Below are positions 59,229-64,000 of a DNA stretch of 64,000 nucleotides, piece after piece. Origin of the DNA: a virus; IMG/VR virus record IMGVR_UViG_3300030090_003995, positions 23,980 to 87,979 of that record; one strand, given 5' to 3'. The translations under genes and the position numbers were made by a program. The first letter of the stretch is position 1. Each line of letters begins with the position of its first letter. Under the pieces are notes generated by a model. It saw only the letters and a list, made by a program, of their open reading frames with translations. It was not told the DNA's origin and searched no databases.

Positions 59229-59434
59229 TAAATAATCCCTCCAATATTGTTGGCAACATAAATTCCAACCAATACTACTATTACACCCACAAGGAAATAC
59301 TTCCCATTGGATTCTGATTCTTGCTTTGTTTTATATTGTTGCCAATCGTCATGGCTAATAAAACGTACTTTACCATTTTCATCCTTTACATAAGGTCTTC
59401 CATTCTTCGCAATAAACACTCTTTTATCATTCAT
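59228..59434 (-). CDS. small C-terminally anchored membrane protein
   Basis: YFLVGVIVVLVGIYVA transmembrane segment. Confidence 0.6.
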   Translation of the reverse strand: MNDKRVFIAKNGRPYVKDENGKVRFISHDDWQQYKTKQESESNGKYFLVGVIVVLVGIYVANNIGGII

Positions 59435-59651
59435 TTACATACACCACCGGATGGTCAAATGCTTTTCCGCATCCACAATGTCCTTCTCTTCTCCACTTTT
59501 TTCTTCCTTTGAAATCATAACCGTCAAAAATCATACCACGGCCTGTTATATACAGGGCATCAGGCGTTAAAGCCCAAAGTCTACCGCATCCTTTTTCCGG
59601 ACATTCCCATCTTACTAGTTTCTTATTTCTTCCTAATCCTTTCAATGTCAT
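59427..59651 (-). CDS. small Zn-finger protein
   Basis: CPEKGC...CGCG. Confidence 0.55.
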   Translation of the reverse strand: MTLKGLGRNKKLVRWECPEKGCGRLWALTPDALYITGRGMIFDGYDFKGRKKWRREGHCGCGKAFDHPVVYVNE

Positions 59652-59779
59652 TTTAACACCACCATAACCAATACACACAACGTGATAATATTCACCACAT
59701 TGACTGTAATAATAATTCTATTTGTTTTTTCTATCAGAACATTTAACTTCTCTAATAGAATATTTGTATCATCCATCAT
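59648..59779 (-). CDS. small coiled-coil + TM protein (43 aa)
   Basis: Manual translation MMDDTNILLEKLNVLIEK...IITLCVLVMVVLK*. Confidence 0.55.
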   Translation of the reverse strand: MMDDTNILLEKLNVLIEKTNRIIITVNVVNIITLCVLVMVVLK

Positions 59780-59781
59780 AC

Positions 59782-60354
59782 TCACACATTCACAACCTTA
59801 AAATCTGCTACATCATCTTTTGCAAAATATCGGTGAATCCATTCAGCACCCATACCTGCGGCAATTACATGAGAAAAATGTTGTCCTTCTGTTGAACCAT
59901 CCCATGAATCACCTTGACAACTAAATGAACCTTCAGGTCCGGCTAACAAAGTATCATGTTTGTTTTTATCAGCCCTGTAAGAAATGTAAGCACAATTTCT
60001 ACCCTGCGCTCTCAAATCTAACCATTTAACATTAGAGCGATAAAGTAACCGGCGCACATCTAAATTGTCAGCACAACAGACTACCAAATCATACCCTTTA
60101 ATTTGCTTCTCAGTTAAAATTGGATAAGAAATATGCCTTGTAACAGATTCATAATTCCAACTCATTACCGATGCTTTATTCATTTCGTTCTCTTTTGACT
60201 TAAAATTCTGATAAGTTAAATTCTTTTTCTCAACATTATCAGGGTCAGCCACAACCATATCATATACCTTTGTCTTATCTAGAAGCGGAATCAAGTAACT
60301 TCCAATTCCACCTGCACCAATCATCAACATCTTTCTATTCTTTTTTCCTTGCAT
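59782..60354 (-). CDS. ThiF/E1-like adenylyltransferase
   Basis: IGAGGIGS, DPDNVEKKNL..Q, NKA, CCADN..VRR; SCQ as candidate thiolating Cys. Confidence 0.9.
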   Translation of the reverse strand: MQGKKNRKMLMIGAGGIGSYLIPLLDKTKVYDMVVADPDNVEKKNLTYQNFKSKENEMNKASVMSWNYESVTRHISYPILTEKQIKGYDLVVCCADNLDVRRLLYRSNVKWLDLRAQGRNCAYISYRADKNKHDTLLAGPEGSFSCQGDSWDGSTEGQHFSHVIAAGMGAEWIHRYFAKDDVADFKVVNV

Positions 60355-61315
60355 TCTTATGCACTCCTTCTACAAATTCATCAAACGTCATTAGTGGGGT
60401 CCACTTATCAAAAACGTCTTCTCTCGTTAGATTAACTAACTTCAATACTGCTATTAGATTATTTCTCAGGGTTACTTCAGTAATATTACAAACGTCAGAA
60501 ATTTCCATCTGCGTTCTCAAAGAACCAGTTGGGTTCAACCTACCCGCTAAATAAATACAAGCGGCAACAAAACCAGTATTTGCGGTAACATATTTACTTT
60601 CAGCAATCTCAATCATTAACATAGTTAATTTTACTGAGGCACTTGTCAAGTCGTTATCTGCCCCCAACAAATTGCAATATTTTTGCACTTCATCAGGAAT
60701 ATTTCTTTGCGAGAGAATCCACGGCTTTCTAAAGAAAGTAGCAATTCTTCTTGCACTTTTAGCAACTTGTCTAGGATGTGCGCTATTTTTAGCACAAATT
60801 TCATCAATAGTCCTAGAAATACCATTATCCTTAAATGTGTAATATACTAAGGCCGCCGCTCTAACTTCCAACGACATTCCTGATAATATTCTTTCTCTTT
60901 GGGTTGTCTTATAGTTCCATAAAACTTGGTCTCTTAAACTTTTACCCGCACCAAATTCTGATGCCAACATATTACATAACACTAACCCCTTTGATAGATT
61001 TCTTTCATGTGTAGTTTTATGATTTATCGCGTGTGTTCTTCTTAAGATTCTCCCAATTTTTGAATTATCTCTCGAACCATCTAAGTTGGTCATTCCTACT
61101 ACACTTCCTAACACAAAACCCTCTTGTGTCGGATTATGTGTTCTTGGAGAATTTGGGTCGTTTGGTCTTTCTTTGCCAGATGAAGTTGCCTCTAACATTT
61201 CATCTTGTAACACAAAACCACAATCTTCACAATACAACTCACCTTTATTAGAGTCTAATTTTAGATTTCTAGAATTACATTCTGTACATTTCACAATATC
61301 TTCTACGTCGGACAT
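60335..61315 (-). CDS. tfb: transcription initiation factor IIB (TFB)
   Basis: Zn ribbon CTEC...GELYCEDCGFV; two cyclin repeats (RTIDEI; RTQMEISDVCNITEVTLRN). Confidence 0.92.
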   Translation of the reverse strand: MSDVEDIVKCTECNSRNLKLDSNKGELYCEDCGFVLQDEMLEATSSGKERPNDPNSPRTHNPTQEGFVLGSVVGMTNLDGSRDNSKIGRILRRTHAINHKTTHERNLSKGLVLCNMLASEFGAGKSLRDQVLWNYKTTQRERILSGMSLEVRAAALVYYTFKDNGISRTIDEICAKNSAHPRQVAKSARRIATFFRKPWILSQRNIPDEVQKYCNLLGADNDLTSASVKLTMLMIEIAESKYVTANTGFVAACIYLAGRLNPTGSLRTQMEISDVCNITEVTLRNNLIAVLKLVNLTREDVFDKWTPLMTFDEFVEGVHKNARKKE

Positions 61316-61491
61316 TATTCCATCTCCTCTATTTTGTAAATAGCCACTTGTCTTCGTATATTTGACATAACATCGGCTAATTCTCGTATGTCTTTTTCGG
61401 CTTCAACCCATGCTTCTTCGTCTTCACAAATAACAATAGCAGTTATTACCTTTCTAATTTTAGTTGTGTCTAAACCACTTGGCGTTTTCAT
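61315..61491 (-). CDS. hypothetical protein (58 aa)
   Basis: Manual translation MKTPSGLDTTKIRK...; overlaps both neighbours. Confidence 0.55.
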   Translation of the reverse strand: MKTPSGLDTTKIRKVITAIVICEDEEAWVEAEKDIRELADVMSNIRRQVAIYKIEEME

Positions 61492-62702
61492 TTATTAATC
61501 ACTCCTTGTAAATCTTTCATTGAAATATTAGGCAAATGTAATCTAGCCTCAGTTTGACCATCGTAATGGTTGTCACTTAAATAATGGCTAATTGTGCTAA
61601 CAATTTCAATCGTCATCTTATCATTCAGTAATGCAAATGCTCTGGCCGCAAATTGGTCACCCACTGATGAATGTTTGGTCATGTTATCAATACAAATTGG
61701 TCCTTTAAGGAAACCATCATCAAATGGTATTTGACGGTGACTATCACCAATATCAAAAACATAAGTCGATACTGCTTGAATTTCGCTCTTGAATTGGTTA
61801 TCAGTAATTACCCAATCTGCCATTTTACCTTTAACAATAATTGCCTTAACAGTGTTATTATCCCAAAACACTTTCATTCTATCCTTGTAAGTAACAGACA
61901 TATCCTTAACTAATTGATAGGCTCTTTTCTGCACTAACTCATCAGTCCTGTTTTGTTGTAGGAATGCAACCATCATATTTTCTTGGGCAGTAGTTGGTAC
62001 TTCACCAATAAGTCTATGCCACAACTTTTTAGGCGTTAATCTAGCCTTAAACCAAGAAGATGATTTTTGACCATGTAAATAATAATTCATGTAAGTATTC
62101 ATTTTCTTAATTGAAATTGGAGCCCAGATTCCATCTGAAATCTCCATAGCGCATTCATCCGGCCCAATCATTTTAACATTGAATCTGACTTCAACCTTTT
62201 TACCCTTAAGATACCAATGATAGGGCGCACGATTTTCTAGAGCATATGAAACATTTTCAGGTAAAAGTATATTGTTAAAACAATATTCTGCCAACTTCTG
62301 CACATCTTCTTCAAAACATGAACGGTAAATAGTTCTTGCTATTGCAGTAACGGCAGTATCTTTTGTAGTTATCATTCCTTGAATCATATATTTATTTCCA
62401 TCTTTATGACAATGAATCTTAGCACCATTAATTATAATGAACCCACTAAAACTTGGGCGACCCTTTTTACCCCAACCCAAATAAGAATTCACCCACATTT
62501 TAATTGCCTTAATTGTGGGTTCTCTGTCGTTTCGATAATGGTTTGGGTTGATGGTATTAGATTGGTAAGTATGGTATCTACGACTCCACGCACCATAATT
62601 TGGTGTTTGAAACCAAGTCATATTCTGACCTTCCACATCAATAGTGGTTTTATATTTTTTACCAGAATCATCTGGCGCATTAATTTCTAAATTTATACTC
62701 AT
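61488..62702 (-). CDS. hypothetical protein with a possible E2-like C-terminal motif
   Basis: 404 aa; GPICIDNM resembles the E2 G-x-ICLD catalytic loop (weak). Confidence 0.5.
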   Translation of the reverse strand: MSINLEINAPDDSGKKYKTTIDVEGQNMTWFQTPNYGAWSRRYHTYQSNTINPNHYRNDREPTIKAIKMWVNSYLGWGKKGRPSFSGFIIINGAKIHCHKDGNKYMIQGMITTKDTAVTAIARTIYRSCFEEDVQKLAEYCFNNILLPENVSYALENRAPYHWYLKGKKVEVRFNVKMIGPDECAMEISDGIWAPISIKKMNTYMNYYLHGQKSSSWFKARLTPKKLWHRLIGEVPTTAQENMMVAFLQQNRTDELVQKRAYQLVKDMSVTYKDRMKVFWDNNTVKAIIVKGKMADWVITDNQFKSEIQAVSTYVFDIGDSHRQIPFDDGFLKGPICIDNMTKHSSVGDQFAARAFALLNDKMTIEIVSTISHYLSDNHYDGQTEARLHLPNISMKDLQGVINK

Positions 62703-62866
62703 CTTAATCCTCTCGTTGTTCTTTTAAAATTCTTGTCACATTTATCGTGACGCTCTTTCTTTTGTTCTGTCGGGTCAAGTAATTGACCTCCACATATTCG
62801 ACACCTTGTTGCAATTCTTTTCATATACGACCGTTTACTTTTAGTGTATTCCGGGTCTTTACTCAT
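62699..62866 (-). CDS. small Zn-finger protein (55 aa)
   Basis: Manual translation ...TRCRICGGQLLDPTE...HDKC... Confidence 0.55.
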   Translation of the reverse strand: MSKDPEYTKSKRSYMKRIATRCRICGGQLLDPTEQKKERHDKCDKNFKRTTRGLR

Positions 62867-63195
62867 TCTTCCTCCTCCGTGTCTAGTAAATATTTATACA
62901 ACATGACACGCAGTAAATCAGCAGGGTAGCGTTTTAATTCTCCCCAAGTATATTCTTCATCACCAATAATAGGGCGGTATCTTGCCATATCTTGCCCAGT
63001 GCGTTCTTTGGTGTAAAAGGAAGTCAATGTATATTCATACAATCCACCCCTAATATCCTTTCTAACAACGGTTCTAGTTTCAGTCCAAACTCGTTGACCA
63101 CCTCTAGTTCTGTCAGGGTTAACCTTATCTTTAAACAGGTTAATCATGTCACTCTTTTTCATATCTTTTAATTCTTCATATCCTTCAAAATTCAT
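62863..63195 (-). CDS. hypothetical protein
   Basis: ORF track. Confidence 0.55.
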   Translation of the reverse strand: MNFEGYEELKDMKKSDMINLFKDKVNPDRTRGGQRVWTETRTVVRKDIRGGLYEYTLTSFYTKERTGQDMARYRPIIGDEEYTWGELKRYPADLLRVMLYKYLLDTEEEE

Positions 63196-63481
63196 TTTCT
63201 TCACCTTCCGGGTTCTTCTTGTAATAGTCTAACCTATCTTCTATTTTTTTCGCCAACGCCAAGAAATACGTATAAGCAAATTTATTCGATGGGAATTTAA
63301 ACCCATCAAGTATTCTAGTTAGTGTAAAATCTACACGGTCCCTAGTAATATCTGTAAATTCATGCGCATCAGTTAAAACATCCTCTACGAATTCACCATC
63401 TGTAAACATTCCTTGGTCTACCATATCCAAAATTATAGCATCAAACATTTCCCAATCTTTGAACCTATTCTTCCACCACAT
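63185..63481 (-). CDS. hypothetical protein
   Basis: ORF track. Confidence 0.55.
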   Translation of the reverse strand: MWWKNRFKDWEMFDAIILDMVDQGMFTDGEFVEDVLTDAHEFTDITRDRVDFTLTRILDGFKFPSNKFAYTYFLALAKKIEDRLDYYKKNPEGEENEF

Positions 63482-63483
63482 GA

Positions 63484-64000
63484 TTATCCACACTCAGAAT
63501 GTCCACATTTATCGCAGGTGGCGCAACCACCTTGAAATACCATATTGCCATCTTCACAAGTATGACAAGTTTCAGTATAGGGGTCATCACTTCTTGATGC
63601 AAATTCTTTTAGAACGTTTGAAATCTGTGCAACGGTTCCACGCATAGAACCCTTTGACTTCTCCAATTGCTCAATCAACTTATCAAGTGGGATATGATAC
63701 CTTAGACCCACTGAAATAAGTCTAGAAATGCTATCCAATTGCTCACGCCTTTGAGTGTGTTCAATTGTTGGCCGATTCAAATACGGATAGTTCACGAACA
63801 TCTCAATAGGAGTATTCTCATAATGAGATACAGTAATGTAAATGTATTCATCCTCAAGACCTTCAGCCGGTAATCGGAATCTAACTGCTTCGCTAATATC
63901 ATCTAAATCTTTAGGTTTAGTTTTACTTTCGCTAGTATTCAATACTTGAACCGACTTTGACCCATCACGATAAATAGTCACACCTTTACAATTATTCTCC
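63484..64000 (-). CDS. nrdJ: class II ribonucleotide reductase, 3' end (runs off the window)
   Basis: Frame is open to the window edge: NCKGVTIYRDGSK; TSCPD-type domain (ISRLISVGLR); C-terminal CHTC...GGCATCDKCGHSECG. Confidence 0.85.
   Translation of the reverse strand, partial: ENNCKGVTIYRDGSKSVQVLNTSESKTKPKDLDDISEAVRFRLPAEGLEDEYIYITVSHYENTPIEMFVNYPYLNRPTIEHTQRREQLDSISRLISVGLRYHIPLDKLIEQLEKSKGSMRGTVAQISNVLKEFASRSDDPYTETCHTCEDGNMVFQGGCATCDKCGHSECG

Noticed and set aside
58630-59434. Ubiquitin-like substrate among the small ORFs with near-terminal GG (SGGFNEY, VGGEEE, IGGII)
   Set aside because: These are a Zn ribbon, the JAB itself and a TM protein rather than beta-grasp folds; the GG codons coincide with the next gene's RBS.

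Overview
This window is a 64-kb segment of a tailed dsDNA archaeal virus with an HK97-type head and a siphovirus-type tail. It is most consistent with a 'magrovirus' of marine Poseidoniales (Marine Group II); this is an inference from its archaeal-type TFB, PCNA, RFC, PriS-PriL primase and XPF, its GGTGA ribosome-binding sites, and its split PolB and chaperonin. The + strand (1-38.9 kb) is the virion module: portal, a head-region DNA ligase, prohead protease-scaffold, major capsid protein, adaptor, tail tube, frameshifted tail chaperones, tape measure protein, a giant hub protein and a fibre. The - strand (39.1-64 kb) is the replication/early module: exonuclease, MCM-related ATPase, XPF, primase, Cas4-like nuclease, split PolB, PCNA, Sak4-like ATPase, SSB, RFC, a second ligase, two histone folds, PC4, GroEL/GroES, JAB + E1, TFB and the 3' end of a class II RNR. 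Three things stand out. (1) Eleven otherwise unrelated small late genes share an N-terminal M-[ST]-W-x-x-[IV]-[LI]-K leader whose (D)ILK end recurs at the protease domain borders and near the capsid protein N-terminus, suggesting a protease-cleaved capsid-targeting tag for a swappable library of injected cargo. (2) An Arf/Sar1-like small GTPase sits with membrane proteins between the head and neck genes. (3) An E1 + JAB (+ possible E2-like) ubiquitin-type module lies next to TFB. All functional calls come from motif reading only; no searches were run.
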